A DNA stretch of 64,000 nt. Origin: an uncultured virus (IMG/VR IMGVR_UViG_3300042880_000230). Lineage: Duplodnaviria; Heunggongvirae; Uroviricota; Caudoviricetes. A program made the position numbers and the translations under genes. How positions within the stretch are numbered: position 1 is the stretch's first letter; each line of letters begins with the position of its first letter. Location: the IMG/VR virus record IMGVR_UViG_3300042880_000230; one strand, written 5' to 3'. The notes below the pieces were generated by a model that worked only from the letters and a program-made list of their open reading frames with translations, was not told where the DNA came from and made no database searches. Below, piece by piece: positions 29,000 to 37,535 of this stretch.

Positions 29000-29488
29000 T
29001 TAGTTCTGTGAAGCGATCCTTGCCGAAGCAATCGCCTGCGCCATCTCTTTTTCCGCGTCCCCCAGCGGACCCATAGCGGCGATGGTTACGGCTGCGGCTA
29101 GCCGAGTGTCTGGCAGTTTCCCGTCCATCAGCCGCATGATGACATTGGACATTACACGGGCCGACTCCTCTACTTCGCCTAGCAGATGCAGAAGCACTTC
29201 GTTCTCCGGCGTGCTTTGTCCGGTGATGCTAATCAGTTCCGCCGCATGCGCTGTCAGGCTGTTATGCGGTTCTCCCAGCCCGCACTCTTTTAAGATGTTA
29301 GCGATTTCCAGAGCCTGATGCAGGATGCGTTCGGCGCGCCCCGCGTTCTGCGTACCATCCGGCGTGTCCATGCGGTAAGCGATGCGGAGGGCGTGCGCCC
29401 AGTCGTCAGGGAACTCCTTCGGGTTCTTTGGAGGATTTGCAAGGCGTGCAATAATCTGTCTGTAGAGTGGTGCTGTGTTAGCGTTCAT
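29000..29488 (-). CDS. Hypothetical protein
   Basis: ORF from MNANT. Confidence 0.6.
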   Translation of the reverse strand: MNANTAPLYRQIIARLANPPKNPKEFPDDWAHALRIAYRMDTPDGTQNAGRAERILHQALEIANILKECGLGEPHNSLTAHAAELISITGQSTPENEVLLHLLGEVEESARVMSNVIMRLMDGKLPDTRLAAAVTIAAMGPLGDAEKEMAQAIASARIASQN

Positions 29489-29520
29489 AGTAGTATGCTG
29501 GGATGTGGGTTGTGCTAGGG

Positions 29521-30222
29521 TTAGAAGGTTGCGACTGCCGCCCGCAGGTCGTCCAGCGTTCTGTGGCACTGGCGGAGGGCGATGATGACGAAGTCCAGTG
29601 GCGACTCGCAGGCCACTAGCTCAATGATGCGGAGCGCGTCCGCCTGCGGGATTACGAGCGCCTTCGCTAGCTTCCCGGCTTCGACCTCCCGCACCCGAGG
29701 GTCAGCACGCATAGCGGAGGTGACGTAAGCGCACGCCTGCTCTTTCGTTAGTCTGAAAGGCTCTGCCTGCATGCAGGTCAGGACGACCGTCAGGGCTAGC
29801 GGAAGCCCAGCTTCTGTCAGGCGAATGATGCGGTGGTTGCCGTCTACGACTCTGAGTGCGTTAGGGATTCCCGGTATCGTGACAGCGAGGAGCGGGTAGT
29901 GAATCCGCCTGTAGGGGAGCTTGTCCGCTGCCTCCCGCATCATCGGCGTGATGCCGTCCGACACTAGCTTCTCCGCGTGCGGCCCGATGTCCGTCACCGC
30001 CATCGTCCACTCTCCGCGCTGTATTGCTAGCGCCCAGAGACTTCGGATGTCGTACCTCAGGTCCAGGCTCTCTTCGTCGGCCTGGTAAATCTGCGCACGG
30101 CTAGCGACTTCCGCCGCCCATGCGTCAAAGTCCGGTCCTTGCAGGATTGCGGACATGGCGTTGCCATCGACCCGCCAGCGGGCGGTGAACTTTGCTAGTG
30201 CTTCTGCTGTGATGTAGCTCAT
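29521..30222 (-). CDS. ParB/sulfiredoxin-like domain protein
   Basis: PLLAV...VVDGNHR motif. Confidence 0.55.
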   Translation of the reverse strand: MSYITAEALAKFTARWRVDGNAMSAILQGPDFDAWAAEVASRAQIYQADEESLDLRYDIRSLWALAIQRGEWTMAVTDIGPHAEKLVSDGITPMMREAADKLPYRRIHYPLLAVTIPGIPNALRVVDGNHRIIRLTEAGLPLALTVVLTCMQAEPFRLTKEQACAYVTSAMRADPRVREVEAGKLAKALVIPQADALRIIELVACESPLDFVIIALRQCHRTLDDLRAAVATF

Positions 30223-30242
30223 TTTGTTTTCAGGCGTAAGTG

Positions 30243-30581
30243 TTAGGCTGGGACTCCGACAAACCCCGATCCGCAGCAGTTAGAGAAGTTAAACCCGGCA
30301 AACCCGTCGCGGTCCACCCGCGTAAAGTAGTCGCGCCCGCGACCTACTAGCCAGATACCGCCGACGCCCATGGTATGCTCTGCGAAACCTTCGACGGCTT
30401 GCGCGGGGCGTGGGGCGTGCTTCTCGCATTGCGTTATCCCGTCCACCATCCCGTCGTACTGGCTGCTGACGGCGACGTGGAGCGTGCCTGCCTCCAGGGC
30501 GGAGGTGACGAAGCGGCTGAATGTGGCCCTCGTCGGCTTGGCAGACGCGAGGGCTTTCTGGATTGCTAGTGAGGATTTCAT
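30243..30581 (-). CDS. Hypothetical protein
   Basis: 112 aa; FDG/YDG-MVD, GRGRDYF, NCCG; CTAAC-ATG. Confidence 0.7.
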   Translation of the reverse strand: MKSSLAIQKALASAKPTRATFSRFVTSALEAGTLHVAVSSQYDGMVDGITQCEKHAPRPAQAVEGFAEHTMGVGGIWLVGRGRDYFTRVDRDGFAGFNFSNCCGSGFVGVPA

Positions 30582-30606
30582 GTTAGCGAATGTGTGTGTG
30601 TAGCTG

Positions 30607-31185
30607 TTACCTGTTAGTCCATGCTGCGACTTCTTCGTCGGTCACTTCTGACTGTGGCCGTGGCAGGCTGCGACCGGAGTTCTGCCAGTGCCAGTCTCTG
30701 TTAGTGTTGATTTCGGCCACGATCCGCTCGCGGACGGCGGCGGCGTCCTTAGCGGCCAACTCGCCGATTGCCGCTTTCGCGGCTTCGATGTCGGCGGTGG
30801 ATTTCGCCGTGGACTGAAACCTGCCGAGGCTCCAGTCGAGGAAGAATCCGCCCCCGGTGGCGGCAATCTTCACCTCCACCAGCCATTCGGCTGGAAATGC
30901 CGCTTCAATGCTGCGGCAGGCGGCGATTTCCTGCGCCGTGATTGGCGCGACCCCGAAGGGCTTGGCGAGGCGGCGAGCCTCGCGGGCAAATCCTTCCGCC
31001 TTCGCCTCCCATGTCCGGCGGTCGGACAAGTCCGATGTCGCCGCCGCTTTCTCCGCCCATTTGGCGGCTGACGCCTCCGCCGCCGCAATCTCTGCGGCGC
31101 GGTCGGCAATGCGCTCGGCCCGTGCGGCGAGGCGGGCGGTTTCGGGGGTGTCGGCGAGGGCGTTTCCGTGGAGGTCTGTGTTCAT
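30607..31185 (-). CDS. Hypothetical protein
   Basis: First gene after promoter copy 5. Confidence 0.7.
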   Translation of the reverse strand: MNTDLHGNALADTPETARLAARAERIADRAAEIAAAEASAAKWAEKAAATSDLSDRRTWEAKAEGFAREARRLAKPFGVAPITAQEIAACRSIEAAFPAEWLVEVKIAATGGGFFLDWSLGRFQSTAKSTADIEAAKAAIGELAAKDAAAVRERIVAEINTNRDWHWQNSGRSLPRPQSEVTDEEVAAWTNR

Positions 31186-31220
31186 GTGGTTCGGTTTATG
31201 TTTAGATACGCTTGTAGCGT

Positions 31221-31340
31221 CCCCCTTAATAAACCCGGCAAAATGATTTGCAAATGGTTTTTTGCAAATTGTGCAAACTTTCTTTTCGGTACGCGAACGC
31301 GGGTAAAAAGATGCTAGGGATACGCACTTGCGTAGAATTA
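31221..31340 (-). promoter_or_regulatory. Repeated early-promoter cassette, copy 5
   Basis: Minus strand TTGCAA-N16-TATTAA; TGCA-N5-TGCA at 31263; TACGCACTTGCGTA at 31321. Confidence 0.75.
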
Positions 31341-31362
31341 GTTAGCGCCTGATTGCTAACAT

Positions 31363-31401
31363 AAAAAGCCCCGCCTCCGGGAACCACTCCAGAGACGGGG
31401 C
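31363..31401 (-). terminator. Intrinsic terminator after the ligase gene
   Basis: Minus strand GCCCCG...CGGGGC followed by TTTTT. Confidence 0.7.
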
Positions 31402-31416
31402 ACCGCACACAAATTG

Positions 31417-32547
31417 TTAGTCTATACGCTGGCGCATGAGCTTGGCGTGGCGCGGGATTCCTGCGCTTGTCAGGCCCTTGTATTTTACAGTCCAGAGCTT
31501 GCCGATGTACTTGGATTTGTTAGTCAGCATAGCGGCGGTCGTAGCGTCGTCGCCTACCACGCCTGCGGCGAACGTCCCCTGCCCGTTAGGCATCCGCAGG
31601 AAGGCGCGGGTTGCTAGCCCTCCCCGGTTCCCGACCCCCTCCTGCAAGTCCACCAGGGTGAACTCTGCGTCGTCGAAGCGCTTCAGCTTCAGCAGGGCGT
31701 GGGAGCGTCCTGCAAAGTACTGCGAGTCGGGCACCCTGACCATGATGCCTTCGTACCCCTCTCCGACCGCTCTTTCTTCGTAGGCTTCAAGCTCCTGCTC
31801 GCCGGACACTAGCCGAGTGCTGACCCTAACGATGCAGTCGTCGCTCTCCACTCGCGGCATGATCTGGTTTTCGATCATCCGCGTCCTGACGGAAAACTGT
31901 TCGCTGCCTATACCTGGGCCTGCAATGTCGTAGAGGTGGAACTGGATGAGAAGCTGTGATTGTGTTAGCGCCTCCCTAGTAGGATTCTGCTTCCTAACAA
32001 GTGAGCTGATCTTCTCGAACTCCGACTTCAGCGCGTGGTTGTACAGTTCGCCGTCCAGCACGATGTTAGGGTAGGCTTCCAGCACGGGAGCGACTGCCCG
32101 CAGAATGTGCGGAACCGCTACGATTGTCTTCCCCTTGCGGGTCTGTGCGTAGGGCTTGCCGTCCTTAAGGTAGATCAGGCATCGGTGCCCGTCTAGCTTA
32201 GGCTGTACCGCTAGCGGAAACGCAATCTTGCCTTTCGCCACCCGGTCCTGGTAGGTGTGGGCCAGCATAGGCTCGACCCACTCCGCTCCGCAATCGTTAG
32301 GGCTTTCTGCCGCTCCCGCGTCTACCTTCTTCTGCCAGAGCGCCCTAGCTTCAAAGTCCGCCTGCTGCTCCGGGTTGCGTGCGTTCGCCTTGCCAGTGTT
32401 AGTCGCCTGGCAGTCTGTCCACTTGGTCGTCTGCATCTTGCCGCCGACGATACCTTCGGTCGTGCGGTATGCGCCGCCTTCGTGTTCGATCTGCCAGATG
32501 CGGATGCGTCCGGCTTTGTCTTTCTTGTAGAGTGTAGGGAGTTTCAT
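31417..32547 (-). CDS. ATP-dependent DNA ligase
   Basis: PMLA, QPKLDGHRC (KxDG), LDGELY, YEGIMVR, LLKLK. Confidence 0.95.
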   Translation of the reverse strand: MKLPTLYKKDKAGRIRIWQIEHEGGAYRTTEGIVGGKMQTTKWTDCQATNTGKANARNPEQQADFEARALWQKKVDAGAAESPNDCGAEWVEPMLAHTYQDRVAKGKIAFPLAVQPKLDGHRCLIYLKDGKPYAQTRKGKTIVAVPHILRAVAPVLEAYPNIVLDGELYNHALKSEFEKISSLVRKQNPTREALTQSQLLIQFHLYDIAGPGIGSEQFSVRTRMIENQIMPRVESDDCIVRVSTRLVSGEQELEAYEERAVGEGYEGIMVRVPDSQYFAGRSHALLKLKRFDDAEFTLVDLQEGVGNRGGLATRAFLRMPNGQGTFAAGVVGDDATTAAMLTNKSKYIGKLWTVKYKGLTSAGIPRHAKLMRQRID

Positions 32548-32555
32548 GTGAATTG

Positions 32556-33164
32556 TTAGGCCGGGTCCGGCGTTCCGTTAGGGTTGGCGACCCAGTTCCG
32601 CTTGCTCACGATCCGCTCCCAGGTCTCGCGGACCTGCGGCCAGAAGTCCACCCCTAGCAGAGAGGCGGCGTTATGGCTTGCGGCAATCGCTAGCTCATGC
32701 GCCCGCGCCCACTTCTCCGGGTACTCGTCTGCGGCAATCTCCGAGACCGCAGGCTTCGGCACAGACAGCAGGTGTGCCGCCGCAGACGCGAGCCTAGCTA
32801 GCGCACTGTGTGTCGAGTAGGCATCCCTTTCGTTAGGCGGCGCTCCGCAGTATCGCTCCATCACTCCCCACTCTAGCCGAATCCGCCCGTCCAGGCGGGT
32901 CTCCCTGTACCAGAGGTGGAGCAGGAAGATGCCTATGTCGCCTAACGCATCGCGGGCCGCTGCGTCGTGTTCTGCCGGGGTGCCTCTGATCCCCTGCTTT
33001 TTCTTGAGGATGGCGTGGGTGAGTTCGCCGATCTCCTCCAGGAATCCGAGGGCGGGGTCGCTAGCGTTCTCTTGGGTGGTAGCTCCGAAGTTAGCCTCGC
33101 CCCACTCTCCGATGGCAGTTGCAAGCCGTGCAAATTCGTAAGGTGTGATCGTGGTCTGTGTCAT
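32556..33164 (-). CDS. MazG-like nucleotide pyrophosphohydrolase
   Basis: EEIGEL..DALGD all-alpha NTP-PPase motif. Confidence 0.75.
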   Translation of the reverse strand: MTQTTITPYEFARLATAIGEWGEANFGATTQENASDPALGFLEEIGELTHAILKKKQGIRGTPAEHDAAARDALGDIGIFLLHLWYRETRLDGRIRLEWGVMERYCGAPPNERDAYSTHSALARLASAAAHLLSVPKPAVSEIAADEYPEKWARAHELAIAASHNAASLLGVDFWPQVRETWERIVSKRNWVANPNGTPDPA

Positions 33165-33191
33165 TTCAGTTCTATTGTTAGGGGTGATTTG

Positions 33192-33554
33192 CTAGTGCTT
33201 GCTCCAGGCATCGCCGTCGGAGTCGGAGAAGCCAGAGCCGTCGCCAGGTTCTGCGGCTGCGGCTATCGCAGCGTGGTGTGTGGCGAGTTCTGCGGCGAGG
33301 TCGGCGGTAGCTGCTTCTGCTGCGTCCAGCGCGGCTTCCCACTGAGCGCAGAGCGGTCCACCGAGTTCTCCGAAGAACATTCCGGCAGAGTTGAAAGTCG
33401 CTAGGGCGACTTCCGGTTTCCGGGTCCAGCGCCCGAAGGCGCTGACTAGGGCGGGACGGTTAGCCGCTACGAAGGCTTCGTGTGCCGCCTGCTTTGCTGC
33501 CTGTATGCGCCGACTTAGGGCAACGGCAGCGGCTTGAGCGTGGTGTGGGTCCAT
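33192..33554 (-). CDS. Hypothetical protein
   Basis: 120 aa ORF. Confidence 0.55.
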   Translation of the reverse strand: MDPHHAQAAAVALSRRIQAAKQAAHEAFVAANRPALVSAFGRWTRKPEVALATFNSAGMFFGELGGPLCAQWEAALDAAEAATADLAAELATHHAAIAAAAEPGDGSGFSDSDGDAWSKH

Positions 33555-33613
33555 AGGCTAGGTGACGTTAGGGTAGGTGCCCTCCCCGCCGCAGTGGCGA
33601 GGAGGGCTATGTG

Positions 33614-34033
33614 TTAGTCGATGTAGTCCACGAATCCGATGTGGCGGAACACTGCCACCTTCCGCACCGATCCGTCAGGCTGCGGCTGGTCTACGCTTTC
33701 CCGCTTAGAGAAGGCGAAGACGGGTTTCAGCCCTACCGACTCCAGGCGGCGGGCCAGGGCTGTCATCAGCCAGGGAGCGCCCCCGATCATCACCCGCGTC
33801 CCCTCGGGGAGGAGGTGGCGGTCGGCCCATGCCTTGGCGATGTCCGCCAGCTTCCACGCCCGCTCGCGGACTTCCTCCGGGCTGGGGAGTTCGTCCACCG
33901 TAAGGAGGGCGGACACCGCCGCCGTCTCCTCCGGCGTGTCCAGCGCCATGACAAAGGCGGTGAACTGCTCCGGGGTGGCGGCGTGTTGCGTCAGGTTGAG
34001 AGTGAGGACGATTGGATTGCTAGGGATATTCAT
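33614..34033 (-). CDS. Conserved-looking hypothetical protein
   Basis: LNLTQH.ATPEQ, MIGGAPWLM, AFS.RES, FRH.GFV. Confidence 0.7.
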   Translation of the reverse strand: MNIPSNPIVLTLNLTQHAATPEQFTAFVMALDTPEETAAVSALLTVDELPSPEEVRERAWKLADIAKAWADRHLLPEGTRVMIGGAPWLMTALARRLESVGLKPVFAFSKRESVDQPQPDGSVRKVAVFRHIGFVDYID

Positions 34034-34089
34034 GGGTGTGGTTCTGTTAGTGTTAGTGTTAGTGTGTGTATGCTGGGGTGGGCTGCTGC

Positions 34090-34329
34090 TTAAGAGTTCA
34101 GCCAGCGAGCGTATTCCCACCCCTTCTGCGTGAAAATATAGCTGCCATTGCGCAGGTCCAGCAGGCAGGCGACCAAGAGGGCGCTGTCGCTCTCGTTATC
34201 GTCGTCCCCCTCCAGCTCGAGGCTGGGCGCTTTACTCTCGTAGAGCGCCGCCCCGTTACGCCTGGCGTAGCGAACGTGTTCTTCAAAGCGGCGGAAAGTT
34301 TCGGCGGTAATGGTGTGGCAGATGTTCAT
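34090..34329 (-). CDS. Hypothetical protein
   Basis: First gene after promoter copy 6. Confidence 0.55.
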   Translation of the reverse strand: MNICHTITAETFRRFEEHVRYARRNGAALYESKAPSLELEGDDDNESDSALLVACLLDLRNGSYIFTQKGWEYARWLNS

Positions 34330-34344
34330 ATGGTTGTTACTGTC

Positions 34345-34460
34345 CCCCCTTAATAAACCCGGCAAAAGGATTTGCAAATGGTTTTTTGCAAATTGTGCAA
34401 ACTTTCTTTAGAGGTACGCACTCGCGTAGGTTTTACCCGCGTTCGCGTAGAAAGATGTTA
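34345..34460 (-). promoter_or_regulatory. Repeated early-promoter cassette, copy 6
   Basis: Minus strand TTGCAA-N16-TATTAA; TGCA-N5-TGCA at 34387; TACGCACTCGCGTA at 34415. Confidence 0.75.
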
Positions 34461-34757
34461 GGTGGAAAAGCTCCGCACAAGATTCGACACTAGCGCAAAG
34501 TCGTGCTTGTCGGCAGGTGTCAGGCGCTTTACCGCCGCCTCGGCGCGTAGCGCGTCACCCTTGCGCATCCGGGGTGAGTGCCAGACTATCCCTAACACTT
34601 TCAGTCCGCGCAGGCACCTGGCACCTTTTCCTGCGGCGTGCTGCTCGACTCGCTTTTCGACATTGCTAGTGATCCCCGTGTACAGCAGGCGCTTCCCATT
34701 AGGGCGCTCTGCCGCCAGCAGGTAGACGCGCCAGCGGATGTCGGGGTCGGCGCTCAC
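34458..34757 (-). CDS. GIY-YIG nuclease (short, YhbQ-like)
   Basis: WRVYLL..LYTGIT..KR..QH..GKGA..ALRAE..VK; GTG start in a GTGA overlap. Confidence 0.8.
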   Translation of the reverse strand: MSADPDIRWRVYLLAAERPNGKRLLYTGITSNVEKRVEQHAAGKGARCLRGLKVLGIVWHSPRMRKGDALRAEAAVKRLTPADKHDFALVSNLVRSFST

Positions 34758-35065
34758 GTTAGGCGTTTCAGCCTGGCCCTCTGCCCTGCCGAGGTGTGAT
34801 TGCGCCACCGGGCTTCTGCGATCCGCAGCAGGTTCGTCCTCCGCATCCACTCCCATGGGCACTCGCCCGGTCTTGACCGTGCCACTACCTGGCCGGACGG
34901 CAGCAGCCGCATAATCTTGATCTTGTCCTCGCCTTCTTTTAGCGGTTCCTCGGTCTCTATGGATATTCGCAGCAACTCGCATACACTTGCTAGTGGCAGG
35001 ATGCAGTGGCTAGTCCCGTCAGGACTGTCCTCCGCGTAGAACTTTGGGAATGGGCGTGGCGGCAT
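34754..35065 (-). CDS. Hypothetical protein
   Basis: ORF from MPPRP filling the gap between RNase H and GIY-YIG. Confidence 0.5.
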   Translation of the reverse strand: MPPRPFPKFYAEDSPDGTSHCILPLASVCELLRISIETEEPLKEGEDKIKIMRLLPSGQVVARSRPGECPWEWMRRTNLLRIAEARWRNHTSAGQRARLKRLT

Positions 35066-35627
35066 CTGGGTGCGGGGTGTAGAGCCTGCTAGTAGCACAC
35101 CACGCAAACTTCGCATCTGTTTTCTCGTCCCAGTTAAGCAATCCCTGACGGCGGGCTTCCCCGGCTAGGGTGTCGGCGCGTTCGTTCCCTCGCACTCCGG
35201 TGTGCCCCCGGACGTGCCCGAATGTCAGGTGCGTCCCTCCCGACCTGTGGTACTTCATCGCCGCCTTCGTCTGCATCAGCAGGTCCAGATTCGCCACCTG
35301 CTTCCCATGGCTGGTCTTCCAGCCGTTAGCCTTCCACGTCGTCCACCACTTCGTCAGAGCATGGATCGACCACTCCGAGTCCGTTAGGACGATCAGCCTG
35401 CGCTTAGGGGCGGGCCGCACGAACTCCAGCGCCCGCAGGATGGCGGTTAGCTCCATCGTTATGTTAGTTGCGCCGGACGCCTCCGACCCGTACTTCTCGC
35501 GCACCAGGCTTACCCACGAAGCGGTAAATGCCCACCCGCCGCTCCCGTCTTTGGCCGACGAGCTTCCGTCTGTGTAGATAGTGATCGGCTCCTCAGTGTA
35601 CTGGCTGTGTGCGCGTGCGGTTCTCAT
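35019..35627 (-). CDS. rnhA: Ribonuclease HI
   Basis: IYTDGS, TN..MELTA, TDS, W..NGWKT, HVRGH.G..GNERAD.LA. Confidence 0.95.
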   Translation of the reverse strand: MRTARAHSQYTEEPITIYTDGSSSAKDGSGGWAFTASWVSLVREKYGSEASGATNITMELTAILRALEFVRPAPKRRLIVLTDSEWSIHALTKWWTTWKANGWKTSHGKQVANLDLLMQTKAAMKYHRSGGTHLTFGHVRGHTGVRGNERADTLAGEARRQGLLNWDEKTDAKFAWCATSRLYTPHPDAATPIPKVLRGGQS

Positions 35628-35648
35628 GGCGGGAGTGGGTAGAAGAAA

Positions 35649-35680
35649 CGCGCCGCCCGAGGTAGGTCAGGCGGCGCGTT
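35649..35680 (-). terminator. Intrinsic terminator
   Basis: ACGCGCCGCC...GGCGGCGCGT hairpin followed by TTCTT on the minus strand. Confidence 0.65.
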
Positions 35681-35706
35681 GCGTTAGCTATCAGGTCCGG
35701 TCGTCC

Positions 35707-36795
35707 TCAGTCTTGGAGGCTGTACCACTCGTTGATGATGTGGATGAAGCTCGCTCCCAGGGTGGACGGGTCCACGTTAGGGTCTGCCAGGCCCTGCTTC
35801 TCCGCCGCCAATCGCAGCGCTTCGGTGACGGTGTCCGCTTGGTCGTTGTGGACCGTGAAGGAGAAGCTAACCATTTCGTGGGAGGCGGTCGAGTTGCCGT
35901 GGAGCTTCACGCCGTCCTTGACCATGCGCCGTTTGATCTCGTCGGTAAGTTGCGCCCCGGTGAGCTTCCTAGCCAAGTCGAGCGCTTCTTCGACGTTCGC
36001 GCCGCTGTCGAGGTAGCTAACAAGATCCTTGAGCTTGCTCCAGCCGATCCCTTTCAGCTTCGCCTCCGTAATCCCGAGGCGGGTGACGGTGCCGTAGATG
36101 CCGATCAGATATTGCGCCTTGCGGTACTTCATCCCAAGTCGGCGCTCGACGTACTTGGCGAAACCTTTCTGCCCTTCGGCGAAGGCTTCCTCGCCGACAC
36201 TAACAACTCCTGGGTCGGCGTGAGCGTCGGTCGCCTGAATCACGGACAGCACGCCGCCGAGCGTCAGGTAGGTCTGCTCGACGGTGCTGTGGAGGTTGTC
36301 GGCGGCAGTGATGGCGTTGCCGTTAGCGGACGCCAGCGCATCCTTGACGGATGGGAGTTGCTTTACAGGCTTGGCAGGCTCTACAGGCTCTGCCGTCTTC
36401 TTTTTGCTAGCCTTCGCTGGCGCTTCCTCCTCTTCCTCCGCTTCCTCGTTGTCTACCACCACCATCGGACCTTCGTCCTCCTCTTCCTCCTCTTCGATTA
36501 CCGCAGCCTTCGGCTTTTTCTTGCTAGCCGCTTTCGCGGCAGGAGCGGCGGTCTCGAACGGTTCAATCTCGGCGGGGGCGGCGGAGTCTACCGCCTTTTT
36601 CGACTTTGCTGTTTTGGCTAGGTCGTACACCCCATGCTCCGGCCACCAGGCCAGAATGAAGTAGGTTTCCCCTTCTTCTAGATCGCCGGACTCCCCGGCG
36701 GGGTAGCCCTTGAAGGTGACTTGGGTGCCGACTTCCAGCACGACAGGGGCGGCGGACTTGATGTTTTTCTTGTTAGCAACAGTGGACTTGCTCAT
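35707..36795 (-). CDS. Hypothetical protein with acidic/Lys-Ala linker
   Basis: 362 aa ORF with its own promoter and terminator. Confidence 0.75.
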   Translation of the reverse strand: MSKSTVANKKNIKSAAPVVLEVGTQVTFKGYPAGESGDLEEGETYFILAWWPEHGVYDLAKTAKSKKAVDSAAPAEIEPFETAAPAAKAASKKKPKAAVIEEEEEEDEGPMVVVDNEEAEEEEEAPAKASKKKTAEPVEPAKPVKQLPSVKDALASANGNAITAADNLHSTVEQTYLTLGGVLSVIQATDAHADPGVVSVGEEAFAEGQKGFAKYVERRLGMKYRKAQYLIGIYGTVTRLGITEAKLKGIGWSKLKDLVSYLDSGANVEEALDLARKLTGAQLTDEIKRRMVKDGVKLHGNSTASHEMVSFSFTVHNDQADTVTEALRLAAEKQGLADPNVDPSTLGASFIHIINEWYSLQD

Positions 36796-36854
36796 GGGGT
36801 GTGGTTGGTTGGTTGGTTGGTTTGGCGCTCCGCACTTCGCGGTGCTGCTGCTGA

Positions 36855-36900
36855 TTTACGCACGGCAAAAGGATTTGCAAACGGTTTTTGCAAATTTTTT
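36855..36900 (-). promoter_or_regulatory. Shortened copy of the TTGCAA promoter cassette
   Basis: CGGCAAAAGGATTTGCAAACGGTTTTTGCAAA. Confidence 0.65.
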
Positions 36901-37535
36901 CACCTAGACCGCTTCGGGCCGGGTTTCACCTTCTCCCGCGCATACGCACCCTCCCACGCGGGTACGCGCAGGAATTTCCTGCTAGCGGCGGACTCCGAAG
37001 AGGTGCCTGACTCCAACCTAACACGCTCTCGGACGAGGAGCGCCAGGGCGCAGGCGTCCACCTCGTCTTTGCTAGCGTTGGTCGGCAGCATGTTAGCGGG
37101 CCACCCTAGCTGCTGCATCCGAGGTCCGATAGCTGACGCCATCTGGGACTTGTCAGAGTGTCCGTGTCCTGCCGTCCAGGCTTTAAGGGTGGAGGGCGCT
37201 ACAGACAGCACACGCGCCCGGTACTCCAGAAGTGTTATGCGTGCGACCCCGCCCCACTCTGCTAGCGTAGTTACTCGCCCTTTAGCGTTCATTGCATAGT
37301 CCTCAATCCCTACCCACAAAATGCTAGGGCCTGCGCATACCCCTGTTTTCGCCTGCCCAACGGTGTCCCGGAGGCGCTGCTGGAGATACGCTAGCCGCTC
37401 TGCGTATCGGAGTTTGGCGTTTCCGAACGTGGCGCGGGTTGCTAGCATCTCTCCGTTGTGTTCCGCTACTGCAAAGAATCCAGTCCCCGTGACAGACAGG
37501 TCAAGCCCGATGTATATGTTAGTGGGTTGATTCAT
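36900..37535 (-). CDS. ruvC: RuvC-like Holliday junction resolvase
   Basis: IGLDLSVTGTG, IEDY, LAEWGG, PSTLK..G.G..DK, DEVDA. Confidence 0.85.
   Translation of the reverse strand: MNQPTNIYIGLDLSVTGTGFFAVAEHNGEMLATRATFGNAKLRYAERLAYLQQRLRDTVGQAKTGVCAGPSILWVGIEDYAMNAKGRVTTLAEWGGVARITLLEYRARVLSVAPSTLKAWTAGHGHSDKSQMASAIGPRMQQLGWPANMLPTNASKDEVDACALALLVRERVRLESGTSSESAASRKFLRVPAWEGAYAREKVKPGPKRSR

Noticed and set aside
35581..36621. Long plus-strand ORFs (346 aa here; also 54045-54821, 50596-51282)
   Set aside because: Antisense shadows of better-supported minus-strand genes, with no recognisable motifs.
9320..36900. Repeats as a CRISPR array
   Set aside because: Copies are about 0.8-11 kb apart, separated by whole genes, and no cas operon is present.
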